DNA of 64,000 nucleotides from an uncultured Alphaproteobacteria bacterium (GTDB taxonomy: Bacteria > Pseudomonadota > Alphaproteobacteria > Rhizobiales > Xanthobacteraceae), in contig CAWIGD010000018.1 in assembly GCA_963835165.1 (NCBI GenBank), positions 197,774 through 261,773 of the forward strand, written 5' to 3'. Made by a program: the position numbers and the translations under genes. The notes beneath the pieces are model-generated. The model did not search any database, had not been told where the DNA came from, and was given only the letters and a program-made list of their open reading frames with translations. Below, one piece after another: positions 28,967 to 40,257 of the stretch. The first letter of the stretch is position 1. Each line of letters begins with the position of its first letter.

Positions 28967-31309
28967 TCACGCCGCCGTCGCAGCGGCTCCCGCTTTGGCG
29001 CGTGTGATCGTTTCCCACACCCGCATCGGAGTCGCCGGCATGTCGATCGCCTCGACGCCGAGCGGCGCGAGCGCGTCGATCAGCGCATTGATCACGGTCG
29101 GCGGCGCACCGATGGTGCCGGATTCGCCGATGCCCTTGACCCCGAGCGGATTGGTCTTGCAGGGCACCTCCTCCAATTCCGTCTCGATGTTCGGCATCGT
29201 GTCTGCCCGCGGCATGCCGTAATCCATGAAGCTGCCGGACAGCAGCTGTCCGGATTGGCGGTCGTAGACCTGGTGCTCGATGAGGGCCTGGCCGATCCCC
29301 TGCACCACTCCGCCCTGGATTTGGCCGCGCACGATCATCGGGTTGAGCACGCGGCCCAGATCATCGACCACGAAATAGCGATCGAGCGTCACCTCGCCGG
29401 TCTCCGGATCGACCTCGAGCTCGCAGACATGGGAGCCGTTGGGATGGCTGGGTGGACTGGCGCTGAAGCTGCCGGTCGCCTCGAGCCCGACGCCGAATTT
29501 CTCGGTCAGCGGCCCCATCGGCGCATAGGCTGCCTTGGCGACGTCGGCAATGGCGATCACCTTGTCGGTGCCGACGACGCGGTATTGCCCGTCCTTGAAT
29601 TCGATATCGGCGGCGTCTGCCTCCATCAAGGCGGCGGCCATTGGCTTGCCCTTCTCGATGATCGCCTCGGAGGCCTTGGCGAGCGCGTTGCCGCCGACGG
29701 TCGCGCTGCGGGCGCCGTAGGTGCCGCGACCGATCGGAACCTGGGCGGTGTCACCCTGCACGTAGCGGATGGATTCGAACGGCACGCCGAGCCGGTCGTG
29801 CACCAGCTGCGCGAACACGGTGGCGTGGCCCTGGCCGTGCGAATGCGTCCCGGCCAGCACGTTGAGGGTGCCGTCGGGGTTGAAGCGCAGGTCCATGCGT
29901 TCGTTGAAGATGCCGCCGAACTCGATGTAGTAGCTCACCGCCCGGCCGCGCAGCTTGCCCCGCTTCTCCGACGCCTTCTTGCGCGCGGCGTATCCTTTCG
30001 TATCGCTGAGCTCGATGCACCTGTTCATCAGGCGCTCGAACTCGCCGCTGTCGTAGGTCCACAGCGTCGGCGTCGCGTAGGGAAGCTTGTCCGTCGGGAT
30101 CAGGTTGCGGCGCCTGATCTCGGCGGGGTCCATGCCGATCGTGCGCGCGGCGTGCTCGATCAGGCGCTCGGTGAAATAGGCCGCCTCGGGGCGTCCGGCG
30201 CCGCGATAGGGCCCGGACTGCGAGGTATTGGTGAACAGCCCCTGCGACATGATGTGCAGGGTCTGGATGTCGTAAGCCGCCGGGATGAAGCGCAGCGAGA
30301 ACGCACCGGCCGCGAGCGCTGCGCCGACGAAATAGGCGCCGAGCTGGAACAGGCATTTGGCGCGCAGCGCCAGAATCTTGCCCTGGTCGTCGAGCGCGAG
30401 CTCGCCGTAGTAGATCATCTCGCGACCGGAGTGGTCGGTGAGCATGCTTTCCGACCGGCTGGAGACCCATTTCACCGGGCGGCGGATGCGGCGCGCCGCC
30501 CACAGGACGAGCGCATCGTCCGGAAAGACCGCCTTGAGCCCAAAGCCGCCGCCGACGTCGGGCGAGACCACGCGAATCTGATTTTCCGCGATGTGGAAAA
30601 TGTGCGACATCTCCATGCGCGCGCCGTGCGGGTTCTGGCTGGTCGCATACAAGGTGTATTGATCGTCGGCCGCGTTGTAGTCGCCGATCGCGACCCGAGG
30701 CTCCATGGTGACGGGCGACAGGCGGTTGTTCTCGACCCGCAGCTTCACCACGTGCTTGGCCTTCGCAAAGGCGGCGTCGGTGGCGTCCTTGTTGCCGAAC
30801 ATCAGGCGAAAGCCGACATTGCCCTGCGGGCAGTCCTCCCACACCTTGGGGGCACCGTCCTTGGCGGCTTCCTCCAGATCGACGATGGTCGGCAGCGGCT
30901 CGTAGTCCACCTCCACGAGTTCGGCGGCGTCGCGCGCCTGGGCGAGCGTCTCGGCCACCACGAAGGCGACGCGGTCGCCGACGAAACGGACCTTGTCGGC
31001 ATTGAGCACGGGCTGGAACGTGCGGTGCCCCTTGGGCGCGCCGAAATCCTCCGGCATCAGGTGGGCGGTGAAGCTGCCGAGCTTCTCCGCGACGGCATCG
31101 GCGCCGGTAAGGACACACAGCACCCCAGGCGCGGCCTTGGCCTTGGCGACGTCGATGCGGGTGATGCGGGCATGGGCGTGCGGCGAGAGCACAGTCACGC
31201 CATGGCATTGCCCGGGCAAGCTGATGTCATCGACATAGCGCCCCTGTCCGAGCAGGAAGCGCTGGTCCTCCACCCTTCGCACAGCTTGTCCGATGCCGAA
31301 CTTGGCCAT
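28967..31309 (-). CDS. Xanthine dehydrogenase/CoxL family molybdopterin-binding large subunit (form II-like)
   Basis: N-terminus MAKFGIGQAVRRVEDQRFLLGQGRYVDD, active-site loop GPYRGAGRPEA, 780 aa. The start was placed at 31309, inside a longer artefactual ORF. Confidence 0.85.
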   Translation of the reverse strand: MAKFGIGQAVRRVEDQRFLLGQGRYVDDISLPGQCHGVTVLSPHAHARITRIDVAKAKAAPGVLCVLTGADAVAEKLGSFTAHLMPEDFGAPKGHRTFQPVLNADKVRFVGDRVAFVVAETLAQARDAAELVEVDYEPLPTIVDLEEAAKDGAPKVWEDCPQGNVGFRLMFGNKDATDAAFAKAKHVVKLRVENNRLSPVTMEPRVAIGDYNAADDQYTLYATSQNPHGARMEMSHIFHIAENQIRVVSPDVGGGFGLKAVFPDDALVLWAARRIRRPVKWVSSRSESMLTDHSGREMIYYGELALDDQGKILALRAKCLFQLGAYFVGAALAAGAFSLRFIPAAYDIQTLHIMSQGLFTNTSQSGPYRGAGRPEAAYFTERLIEHAARTIGMDPAEIRRRNLIPTDKLPYATPTLWTYDSGEFERLMNRCIELSDTKGYAARKKASEKRGKLRGRAVSYYIEFGGIFNERMDLRFNPDGTLNVLAGTHSHGQGHATVFAQLVHDRLGVPFESIRYVQGDTAQVPIGRGTYGARSATVGGNALAKASEAIIEKGKPMAAALMEADAADIEFKDGQYRVVGTDKVIAIADVAKAAYAPMGPLTEKFGVGLEATGSFSASPPSHPNGSHVCELEVDPETGEVTLDRYFVVDDLGRVLNPMIVRGQIQGGVVQGIGQALIEHQVYDRQSGQLLSGSFMDYGMPRADTMPNIETELEEVPCKTNPLGVKGIGESGTIGAPPTVINALIDALAPLGVEAIDMPATPMRVWETITRAKAGAAATAA

Positions 31310-31470
31310 ATTCGCCCGCCTCTGTTCACGATGTGATTTTTCCAGTCGAATGTAATGGAGAGCCGCCGTCCGCGCCAGCACGAGGGCTGTCGCATTCTGG
31401 CGAGGGATTGGGTGGGCACGGGCGCACGTCACGACACCGCGCGCCTGCCCACCCGCCGTTCGGGCTGCGG

Positions 31471-32104
<634 letters not shown>

Positions 32105-32112
<8 letters not shown>

Positions 32113-32884
32113 GGGGATGCCCTTCGCGCTCCGGCTTGGTGCCGCTGATGAGGGTCTGCACCCTGCGATCGGCGAGCGCGACCGCCGGCGCGCCGTCGGC
32201 GATCACCGTTCCGTCGTAGAACGCGAGCACGCGGTCGGCGAACCGCGCCACGATCTCCATGTCGTGTTCGACGAACAGCACCGTCAGTTTCCGGCTCTTC
32301 AAGGCCGACATGACGACGTCCATCACCACGAACTTCTCCTCGACCGAAATTCCGCTGGTCGGTTCGTCGAGCAGGAGAACGCGCGGCGAGCCCACCACCG
32401 CCATGGCGATGTCGAGGAGCTTGCGGATGCCCTGCGGCAGGGTCGACGCCAGGGCATGCCGGTAAGCAGCGATGCGGAACAGTTCGATCGACGCATCGGC
32501 CTCCCTGATGGTGGCGGGCGATTTCAACGGCGTCAGCACCCGCGCAAAGGCGCCGTTCGACCCGGCCGCGGCGGCCGCGGCGCACATGTTCTCGAACACC
32601 GTGAGGGAGGGAAAAATCTGCGCCACCTGGAACGAGCGCGAGATGCCCAGGCGCGTGATCTCGCGCGAGGGTCGGCCGGTGATGTCACGATCCTCGAGCC
32701 TGATGGTGCCCTTGGTCGGCCGCAGATGGCCGGTGATCATGTTGATGAACGTGGTCTTGCCGGCGCCGTTGGCCCCGATGATGCCCACGGTCTGCTGCGC
32801 CGGGACGTCGAGGGTGATGTCGCGCGCCGCCACGATCGAGCCGAAGGTCTTCTCCAGATCGCGGACCGAAAGGATCGCGGTCAT
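32105..32884 (-). CDS. Branched-chain amino acid-type ABC transporter ATP-binding protein (LivG-like)
   Basis: Walker A GANGAGKTT and Walker B LLLDEPTSG. Start and stop overlap the neighbouring genes. Confidence 0.85.
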
Positions 32885-33828
32885 GAGCCTTTCTCCGGCG
32901 CGCGGCGCAGGCGGTAGAACAGCGAGCCGAGCCCTTCCGGCAGGAACAGGATGGTCAGCAGCAGCGCCGAGCCGAGGATGAGCTGCCAGAAGCCGGGCAA
33001 GAGATCGATGGCGATCGAGCGCAGCAGCTCGAACACCAGGGAGCCCACGAACGCGGCTGCGACCGAGCCCACGCCGGCGAGGATGGTGACGAACACGAAG
33101 CCGCCCGAAGTCGTCCAATACGCCATGTTGGGATCCACATGCGCCACCGCCAGCGCCGCGAGTGCGCCGCCGAGGCCCGCGAGTATCCCGGAAATCACCA
33201 GCTTGAGGTGGATCAGGCGAGTGACCGAGATGCCGAGGAATTCCAGACGGATCTCGTTGTCGCGCGCCGGCATCGCGAGCGCGCCGGCGACGGTGCGGAA
33301 ATAGAGTGTGATCAGGAAGGCGCTGACCGCCGACAGTCCGAGCACCAGCCAGAACAAGGCGAGATTGAGCGCCCGGCCATGGGGCTCGTATCCCAGGAAC
33401 GTTCCCGACTCGACGTGGAAACCGTCGGTCGAGCCGAGCGTCTCGGTCTTGACCAGCACGCCGTAGAGAATCATCGACATCGCGAGGCTGAGCATCGCGA
33501 AGAAGATGTCGCGATAGCGCGCCAGCAGGAATCCGACCAGGAATGCGACCATGCCGGCCGCAGCCGCGCCGACGGCGACCAGGAGAAACACGTCCCGCCA
33601 GCCGGCGTAGCGGCTGAGCAACGCCACCGCATAGGCGCCGGTCGCGTAGAACAGTGCCTGCCCAAAGGGCACGAGACCGGCCCGCCACAGGATCACGAGC
33701 CCGAGCACGACCAGCGCATTGGCGAACGCGATGGTGGCGAGAGACACCAGCCAGGCCGGCAGCGCCGGCGCGGCCGCGGCCACGGCGATGAAGGCGAGGG
33801 CTCCGAACAGGTTCGCGCGTGACCACAT
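32881..33828 (-). CDS. Branched-chain amino acid-type ABC transporter permease (LivM-like)
   Basis: Polytopic hydrophobic 315-aa ORF in the Liv operon context. Confidence 0.85.
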   Translation of the reverse strand: MWSRANLFGALAFIAVAAAAPALPAWLVSLATIAFANALVVLGLVILWRAGLVPFGQALFYATGAYAVALLSRYAGWRDVFLLVAVGAAAAGMVAFLVGFLLARYRDIFFAMLSLAMSMILYGVLVKTETLGSTDGFHVESGTFLGYEPHGRALNLALFWLVLGLSAVSAFLITLYFRTVAGALAMPARDNEIRLEFLGISVTRLIHLKLVISGILAGLGGALAALAVAHVDPNMAYWTTSGGFVFVTILAGVGSVAAAFVGSLVFELLRSIAIDLLPGFWQLILGSALLLTILFLPEGLGSLFYRLRRAPEKGS

Positions 33829-33870
33829 GTCAGGTCGCCCAACCGGAATGACGGTCGTTGCTTCGGGCCA

Positions 33871-34767
33871 TCAGATCTTCCGCGGCGCGGCCTGGGTGAA
33901 CAGCCCGTGGGGACGGAAAACGAGCACGAGCGCCATCACCGCATAGATGACGAACAGTTCGAGCTGCGGGACGAGGTGGACGGCCGCGGCGCGGCAGATG
34001 CCGACGATGAGCGCGCCGATCAGCGCGCCTTCGATCGAGCCCATGCCGCCGATGGCGACCACCGCGAATGCGAGCACGATCACCTCGACGCCGATGCCGA
34101 GCGTTACCGAAATCTTCGGCGCCATGACGGCGCCGCCGAGCGCGCCCAGCATCGCCCCGATGATGAAGGTGACGGTGTAGACCAGGGTGACGTTGATGCC
34201 GAACGCGGCCGCGGTCTCGCGGTTGAAGATGACCACGGTGAGGAGGCGGCCGTAGCGGGTATGCTTCAACGCCCAATAGCTCAGGACGGCGACCAGCGCA
34301 GCGATCGCGACCAGACCGATGTCGTAATTCGAGAGGATGAGATCGCCGACCTCTATATTGCCGGCGGCGACCATCGGTTGGTAGGCGCCGTAGGAACGCG
34401 GTCCCCAGATCAGCACGATGACGTCTTCGAGGATCAGGAATGCGGCATAGGTGACGAGAACGATCACCACCTCGTCCTTGCCGTAAACCAGCCGCAGCAC
34501 GCCGCGCTCGAGCACGAAGCCGAGCACGAGCCCGATCGCCATCGCCATCAGCACCATGAACAGGAAACCGCTCGCGTCCGACCAGCCGCGCTCGACATAG
34601 ATGCCCACCGCCGTGGCCGCGCCATATGCGCCGAAGGCGTAGAACGAGCCGTGGGTGACGTTGAGGATCTTCATCACCCCGAAGATCAGGCTCAGGCCGA
34701 CGGCGACGAGAAACAGATAGGCGGCATAGACGAGGCCATCGGTGAGGATGGCAAAGGCAGTCAGCAC
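33871..34767 (-). CDS. Branched-chain amino acid-type ABC transporter permease (LivH-like)
   Basis: Sequence LTAFAILTDGLVYAAYLFLVAVGLSLIFGVMKILNVTHGS. A GTG start at 34767 was chosen; the ORF is open up to 34851. Confidence 0.8.
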   Translation of the reverse strand: MLTAFAILTDGLVYAAYLFLVAVGLSLIFGVMKILNVTHGSFYAFGAYGAATAVGIYVERGWSDASGFLFMVLMAMAIGLVLGFVLERGVLRLVYGKDEVVIVLVTYAAFLILEDVIVLIWGPRSYGAYQPMVAAGNIEVGDLILSNYDIGLVAIAALVAVLSYWALKHTRYGRLLTVVIFNRETAAAFGINVTLVYTVTFIIGAMLGALGGAVMAPKISVTLGIGVEVIVLAFAVVAIGGMGSIEGALIGALIVGICRAAAVHLVPQLELFVIYAVMALVLVFRPHGLFTQAAPRKI

Positions 34768-34921
34768 GTAGCACCGACGGTGTTCACGATGCTGTCTGCT
34801 CGCGGTCCACAGAGCGGGGGCGCTCCCTCCCTGCAACGGAGGAGAGAGCACACCGTTCGTGTGGCGAGGAAGCGCACCGATATCGCGTCGTCGCGGTGCA
34901 TCAACCGCCGGGCAATTTGCG

Positions 34922-36250
34922 CTAATTGCACTTCGCGCCCTTCATCCCATCCTTGATCCAGTCGTCGGCTGTGATGCCGGGCGGCGGGTTCACGCACTCG
35001 GCCGCAAAGCGCATGACGTCGACGACTTCCGGTTGGCCCTTCTGCTTGTTGAAGCGGTAGGTTCCGTAGGCGGTCTCCTGGATTCCCTGGTGACCGTTGC
35101 CCAATGCCAGCTTGACCGGGCCGCTCGGCCCTTCGTACGAGATGCCTTCGAACGCCGTCACGACATCGTCGGTCGAGGGTTTGCCGCCGCCTTTTTCCTT
35201 CTGCGCTTTCTCCCAGGCCACTTTCAGCCCGAGGATCGACAGCGCCATCTGATACGAGGGATAGGTCGGCGGCGTGCCGTAGCGCTCGAAATAGATCTTG
35301 TGGAACCAGTCGTTGAGCGCGCTCTTCGGCGCCAGCGGTCCGTTCGGGCCGCGCCCACCGATGATGGTGCCGTCCGGCATCTTGTCGCGCAGGCGCCAGA
35401 TCGACGCTTCGGCGGTGGTGCCGATGAACGGCATGCGCTTGCTCAAGCCGCGCGCCTCGCTCTGATAGATGAAGCCCTCGAGATCGCCGTCCCAGAAACT
35501 GGAATGCAGCGCCTGCGATTTCGACGTCAGCAGCGTCGAGATTTCGGCGCCGAACTCACCGGCGAAGAGTTTCGGGAACAGCTCCTTGTCGACTTTCGCC
35601 TTCGGCGCCAGCACGCCCATCGTGCTGACGAAGTCGCGCCAGGAATCCTGGCCCCAGGCGTAATTCTGGTTGATGCCGGAATAAAGCGTGATGTCTTTCT
35701 TCTTGGCGAGGAGGTAGCGCGCCGCGCCGGTATTATCCATGGTCGCGTGCGGCGCCGCGCGGAACACATATTTGCGCGGCTTCTCCTCGAAGATGCGCGG
35801 CGTCCCGCAGTCGAAATAGACGGTCAGCGCCTTGAGCTCGTCCGCGACCGGCGTCACCGCGAGGCAGCTTCCGGACGAGATGTAGCCGACGACAGCGTCG
35901 ACCTGGTCGCGCTGCACCAGATTGCGGAATTCGGTTACGACCTGGGCTGTGGAGCCGGCTTCGTCGACGTATTTGGCTTCGATCTTGGTGCCGCCGAGGC
36001 CGACGGTGCTGTAGGGCGCCGGCGCGGTGCCCGCGTTGAGCGCCTCGATCACGATCTCGGCGCCGTTGCGGCCGGGCACGCCGAAGGGCGACGCCGCCGG
36101 CCCGCTGAGAAACGACACGATGCCGAGCTTGATCGGCGCCGCCGCGGGCGCGGCGGGCTGCTGGGCCGGCGCACCGCCCGCCGAGACCAGCATCAAGGCG
36201 GCCGCAAATCCAAGCGCACCGACGGCAGGCTTGCAGTAGCGATAGGTCAT
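34922..36250 (-). CDS. Liv-type (periplasmic binding protein type I) ABC transporter substrate-binding protein
   Basis: Signal peptide followed by IKLGIVSFLSGPAA. First gene of the operon. Confidence 0.85.
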   Translation of the reverse strand: MTYRYCKPAVGALGFAAALMLVSAGGAPAQQPAAPAAAPIKLGIVSFLSGPAASPFGVPGRNGAEIVIEALNAGTAPAPYSTVGLGGTKIEAKYVDEAGSTAQVVTEFRNLVQRDQVDAVVGYISSGSCLAVTPVADELKALTVYFDCGTPRIFEEKPRKYVFRAAPHATMDNTGAARYLLAKKKDITLYSGINQNYAWGQDSWRDFVSTMGVLAPKAKVDKELFPKLFAGEFGAEISTLLTSKSQALHSSFWDGDLEGFIYQSEARGLSKRMPFIGTTAEASIWRLRDKMPDGTIIGGRGPNGPLAPKSALNDWFHKIYFERYGTPPTYPSYQMALSILGLKVAWEKAQKEKGGGKPSTDDVVTAFEGISYEGPSGPVKLALGNGHQGIQETAYGTYRFNKQKGQPEVVDVMRFAAECVNPPPGITADDWIKDGMKGAKCN

Positions 36251-36413
36251 TGCTCGTTCCCTCCACATTCGACCAAATCGTTTTTGTTCTTGCCTTAAGC
36301 AAACGCGATCCCGGCGCCATATTCAACCGGTTTTCCCTTAGAGCATGGTCCGGTGCGATGATACGATGGTCGCATCCGTGTCGCCGGTTCGACCTGATCT
36401 GCAAGGAGACGCA

Positions 36414-37229
36414 ATGAGCGTTGCCACCATGTCCGGGGAAACGTCCGCCATCCCGCAGACCGGCCGCGCCGCGCGGCTTGCGGCCCGCACCGGGCAGTTC
36501 AAGGGGGCGACCGCCGGCGTCGCGCCGGGCTATGTGCAGGGCAACCTCGCCATTCTGCCGAATGCGCTGGCGGGCGACTTCCTGCGCTTCTGCCAGCTCA
36601 ATCCGAAGCCGTGTCCGCTGCTCGCGGCGTCGTCGCCGGGCGACTTCCGGCTGCCGACACTCGCCGACGACCTGGACATTCGCACCGATCTGCCGCGTTA
36701 CCGCGTGTTCCGACAAGGCGAGCTGGTCGACGAGCCGGCCGATATCCGCGGGCATTGGCGTGACGACCTCGTTGCGTTCGTGCTGGGATGCTCGTTCTCG
36801 TTCGAGGAGGCGCTGCTCGAGGACGGCATCGAGCTGCGCCACATCACCTGCAACGCCACCGTGCCGATGTATCGCACCTCGATTGCGACCGCTGCCGCGG
36901 GTCCGTTCCACGGCCCCATGGTGGTCTCCATGCGGCCGATGAAGCCGGCGGACGCCATCCGCGCCATCCAGATCACCACACGCTTTCCCGCCGTGCACGG
37001 CGCGCCGGTGCATATCGGCAAGCCCGAGCTCATCGGCATCGCCGACCTGGGCAAGCCGGACTACGGCGACGCGGTGCCGGTCAACGCCGACGAGATCCCG
37101 GTGTTCTGGGCCTGCGGCGTCACGCCGCAATCGGTGGTGGCGACGGTCAAGCCGGAATTCTGCATCACCCACTATCCCGGCAGCATGCTGGTGACCGATC
37201 GGCGCAACACCGAATTTGCGATCATGTGA
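36414..37229 (+). CDS. Putative hydro-lyase, DUF1445/UPF0317 (D-glutamate cyclase-like) family
   Basis: Sequence [15 protein letters not shown]...[12 protein letters not shown]...[10 protein letters not shown]. An AAGGAG ribosome-binding site precedes the ATG at 36414. Confidence 0.8.
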   Translation: MSVATMSGETSAIPQTGRAARLAARTGQFKGATAGVAPGYVQGNLAILPNALAGDFLRFCQLNPKPCPLLAASSPGDFRLPTLADDLDIRTDLPRYRVFRQGELVDEPADIRGHWRDDLVAFVLGCSFSFEEALLEDGIELRHITCNATVPMYRTSIATAAAGPFHGPMVVSMRPMKPADAIRAIQITTRFPAVHGAPVHIGKPELIGIADLGKPDYGDAVPVNADEIPVFWACGVTPQSVVATVKPEFCITHYPGSMLVTDRRNTEFAIM

Positions 37230-37306
37230 AGTTGGCGCGCGGCGCAGGGGGCGGCGAGGCCAGGCTCGCGCTCACGCCGGACACCAATTCTCGTTGCGGC
37301 AGCAGG

Positions 37307-37336
37307 GCGCTCGCTTGGCCGGGACACACGAGAGCG
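37307..37336. repeat. Short repeat with core TTGGCCGGGACAC(A/G)CGAG
   Basis: The same core occurs at 56574-56601. Confidence 0.5.
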
Positions 37337-37365
37337 GTGCTCGTCAGGCTGACCGACGGCTGAGT

Positions 37366-38163
37366 TCACCTCTTCGGCTCGACATCGAGCCGCACCGCCC
37401 AGCCGTCGAGGCCGGGCTTGGCCGCGGGGTAGCGCGCGAGCACGAGCGGGTCGTGGCCCGGTATGACGTGGTCAGGTGACGAGGCCAGCTTTCGCAGCGT
37501 GGCGTAACCCTCGACCACCTCCGCGACATTATAGGTAATGGGAAAGACCCGGCCGGTTTCCAGATGCGCATAGAGATGCGCGGCATCGGCGGCGAGCACG
37601 ACATGGCCGCGGCGGGTCTTTACGCGCACGCTCTGCAAGCCTTTGGAATGGCCGCCGACATGGTGGACGGTGACGCCGGGCACGATCTCATCCTCGCCGT
37701 CGTGGAAGGCGACGCGGCCGGCAAAGACCTTGCGCACCATCGCCACCACGTCGTCGACCTCGAACGGCAGCCGCAACGCCATGTGGCACATGCAGCGCCC
37801 GGTGGCGTAAGCCATCTCGCAATCCTGCAGATGATAGCGGGCGCGCGGGAACAGATCGTAGTTGCCGACGTGATCGTAGTGCATGTGGCTGACGATGACG
37901 GTCTCGACGTCGGCGGGATCGATGCCGATCGCTTGCAGCCCGTCGCCGACCGGCTTGACCGTCTCGCGCTGGCGCTTCTTCCCCATCGCGGCATCGAAGC
38001 CGGTATCGAGAATGATGGGGCCCTTGGGCCCGACGATCGCCCAGACATAGAAGTCGAGCGGCTGCAGCACGTCGTGAGGATCGCCGCCGATGAAGTTTTC
38101 CGCCGCCTTGCGATCGTGATGACCGTAGCGGATCGCGTAGATCTCGTGGACGTCCTCGCTCAT
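37366..38163 (-). CDS. MBL-fold metallo-hydrolase, N-acyl homoserine lactonase-like family
   Basis: HxHxDH motif SHMHYDHVGN and a downstream HVGGHSKG motif. Confidence 0.8.
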   Translation of the reverse strand: MSEDVHEIYAIRYGHHDRKAAENFIGGDPHDVLQPLDFYVWAIVGPKGPIILDTGFDAAMGKKRQRETVKPVGDGLQAIGIDPADVETVIVSHMHYDHVGNYDLFPRARYHLQDCEMAYATGRCMCHMALRLPFEVDDVVAMVRKVFAGRVAFHDGEDEIVPGVTVHHVGGHSKGLQSVRVKTRRGHVVLAADAAHLYAHLETGRVFPITYNVAEVVEGYATLRKLASSPDHVIPGHDPLVLARYPAAKPGLDGWAVRLDVEPKR

Positions 38164-38251
38164 GATTTCCCCGTCATGGCTTGCGATCTTCGCAAAGGCG
38201 GCATCTGCAGCGCCCTTCGCTGGCGCTGCACTGCGCTCGCGACACAGGTCG

Positions 38252-39163
38252 TCACTTCCCGAGCGGGCCGCTTTCGCCCGGCGTGCGTACTTCGACGCCG
38301 GCGCGGCGCTCGACCGGCTGGACCACGGTGGAGAGATCCTTGTCGGCCCCGTTCTGGTCGCAGGCGGTCTGCAGCAGCCGCGTGACAGCTTCGGCCACGT
38401 CCATCGGGACGCCCAGCGCCTTGCCCTCGGACAGGCACAGCTTGAGATCCTTGGTCATCAATCCCACCGTGAAGCCGAGATTGAAGGTGCGCGGAAGGAC
38501 CGCGCGGCCGAACTTGTCCTCGGTCGCGGTGTTGCGGCCGGTGCCGGAATTGATCACGTCGAGCATGATGCGTGGATCGAGCCCCGCCTTGACGCCCATC
38601 ACCATCGCTTCTGACGTCGCGGTCATGGCGGCCGCCGACAGGTAATTGTTGCAGAGCTTCATGGTCTGCCCGGCGCCCGGGCGCTCGCCGATGAGGAAGG
38701 TCTTGCCGATGGCCGGAAGCAGCGGCTCGATCGCGTTCACCTCTTTGCGCGGGCCCGACACCATCAAGGCCAGCGTGCCCTTCGCCGCGCCGGTGACGCC
38801 GCCGCTCACGGGGCAGTCGATCTGCACGATGTTCTTCGCCTTGAGCGCTTCGAAAATGCGCCTGGCCATGACCGCGCCGGTGGTCGAGAGGTCGACGAAG
38901 CGGCGCACGCGCTTGCCTTCGATCACGCCGTCGGCGCCGGTCGCGACCGCGAGCACGATGTCGGGTGTGGGCAGGCTCGCCATCACGGTCTCGACCTGGT
39001 CGGCCATTTCGCGCGGGGATTTTGCGGCTTGCGCGCCGAGTGCGGTGAGCCGGCCGACCGCCTCACGCTGCGTGTCGAACACGATCACCCGGTGGCCGGC
39101 CTCGACCAGCCGGCGGGCCATATGAAAGCCCATCTGGCCGAGCCCGATGAAGCCGATATCCAT
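38252..39163 (-). CDS. NAD(P)-dependent 3-hydroxyisobutyrate dehydrogenase-family oxidoreductase
   Basis: N-terminus MDIGFIGLGQMGFHMARRL, 303 aa. Confidence 0.9.
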   Translation of the reverse strand: MDIGFIGLGQMGFHMARRLVEAGHRVIVFDTQREAVGRLTALGAQAAKSPREMADQVETVMASLPTPDIVLAVATGADGVIEGKRVRRFVDLSTTGAVMARRIFEALKAKNIVQIDCPVSGGVTGAAKGTLALMVSGPRKEVNAIEPLLPAIGKTFLIGERPGAGQTMKLCNNYLSAAAMTATSEAMVMGVKAGLDPRIMLDVINSGTGRNTATEDKFGRAVLPRTFNLGFTVGLMTKDLKLCLSEGKALGVPMDVAEAVTRLLQTACDQNGADKDLSTVVQPVERRAGVEVRTPGESGPLGK

Positions 39164-39240
39164 GTCCGTCTCTCCCTCGCCATTGTTTTGCGTGTCAGTT
39201 TAGCGCGAATTCCGATCGAGTCGCGCAATTCCCTCAGTGG

Positions 39241-39310
39241 TCATTCCGGGGCACCGATCTCGGGTTACCCGAAGATCGGCATTGGGATTGCCCAAGTCGG
39301 GTGCAACCGA
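39241..39310. repeat. REP-like hairpin element
   Basis: Hairpin CCGATCTCGGG..CCCGAAGATCGG, followed by a partial AAGTCGGG motif related to the elements at 40995 and 56474. Confidence 0.55.
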
Positions 39311-40027
39311 TTACGCGGCCGTCGATACGATCTTCGCGAGTAATTCCAGCAATGGGTGCGGTGCGGTGATATGCGGATTATGGCTGGCGTCGATCTCGAA
39401 ATAGCGCCAGCCGCTTTCACGCTGGGCGCGTTCGGCGAACTGGCGAAACACATCCGCCGGTGCGCAGCGTTGGCAATAGATGTAGCTGCGGGGAGGCGGC
39501 GCGCCGTTGCCGGCGAGACGCAAGGGCTGCTCGAACGTCTTGATCGGCTGCGGCCGCCTGCGGCCCGACGCCCAGGCCACGTCGGCATCGGGTGTGTCCG
39601 CCGGCATCTGGGTCGGCGGCAGGCGCCAGCCCTCGCCGTCGGTGCGCGCGAGTTCGCGCATGCGCGTGCGCGTCTCCGCCGATTGCAGGTCGAACAGGCT
39701 TTGACCGTCGTGCGGCACGAACGCGTCGAGATAGACGACCTGCGCGATGCGCTCGCGCGCACGGTCGGCGACGCCGGTCGCCACCATGCCGCCGTAGCTG
39801 TGCGCGATCAGCACGACGTCGCGCAGATCCTCCATCTCGAGCATGCCGATGACGTCGGCAATGTGGGTGTCGAGATCGACCGTCGGGCTCGCGAGATGGG
39901 CCCGCTCGCCAAGGCCGGTATAGGTCGGCGTCCACAGCTCATGGCCGGCGGCCCGCAGCAGTGGGCGCATTTTCTTCCAGGCCCAGGCTGCCGACCAGGC
40001 GCCATGGGCGACGACGAACACCGCCAC
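39311..40027 (-). CDS. Alpha/beta hydrolase (esterase)
   Basis: N-terminus FVVAHGAWSAAWAW and nucleophile elbow AHSYGG. Confidence 0.85.
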   Translation of the reverse strand: MAVFVVAHGAWSAAWAWKKMRPLLRAAGHELWTPTYTGLGERAHLASPTVDLDTHIADVIGMLEMEDLRDVVLIAHSYGGMVATGVADRARERIAQVVYLDAFVPHDGQSLFDLQSAETRTRMRELARTDGEGWRLPPTQMPADTPDADVAWASGRRRPQPIKTFEQPLRLAGNGAPPPRSYIYCQRCAPADVFRQFAERAQRESGWRYFEIDASHNPHITAPHPLLELLAKIVSTAA

Positions 40028-40257
40028 GATTGCACTCCCTTTGGTTTGTCGGGGGCAGCCACGGCGGCCTGCCCGCGGCGCGTTGCGTTCGTGCCTTTCC
40101 CACGCTCGCCTGCTCTGCCGATATGTTCAAGATGCCGACGCAAATCTCAAGGTTCGCGCCCAAGACCGGACGGCTCGACCTGGTCGGCCGGGGTGCCCTC
40201 GGTTGCCATTTTTGCGCCATCGCGGCATGGTCGAAAGCCGACGACCGGAGAGATGCC

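Noticed and set aside
28746-29018. Small ORFs inside repeat elements: 28746-29018(-), 60737-61000(-), 63771-63983(-), 51830-52042(+).
   Set aside because: They are generated by the palindromic repeats (PPPLAGEGQGGG and [10 protein letters not shown]-type translations). They have no ribosome-binding sites and their sequence is dictated by hairpin symmetry.
28601-31336. 911-aa plus-strand ORF. Similar very long ORFs: 3094-4956(-), 11697-13607(-), 41897-44095(+), 51018-52757(+), 54940-57525(-).
   Set aside because: Each lies antisense to a gene with clear family motifs. Their translations are Arg/Ala/Gly/Pro-rich low-complexity sequence typical of shadow ORFs in ~65% GC DNA.
31395-31445. Inverted repeat GGGTGGGCA...TGCCCACCC after the LivF-like gene, considered as a terminator.
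   Set aside because: No T-tract follows on the transcribed (minus) strand, so I cannot call it an intrinsic terminator. It may be another REP-type hairpin.
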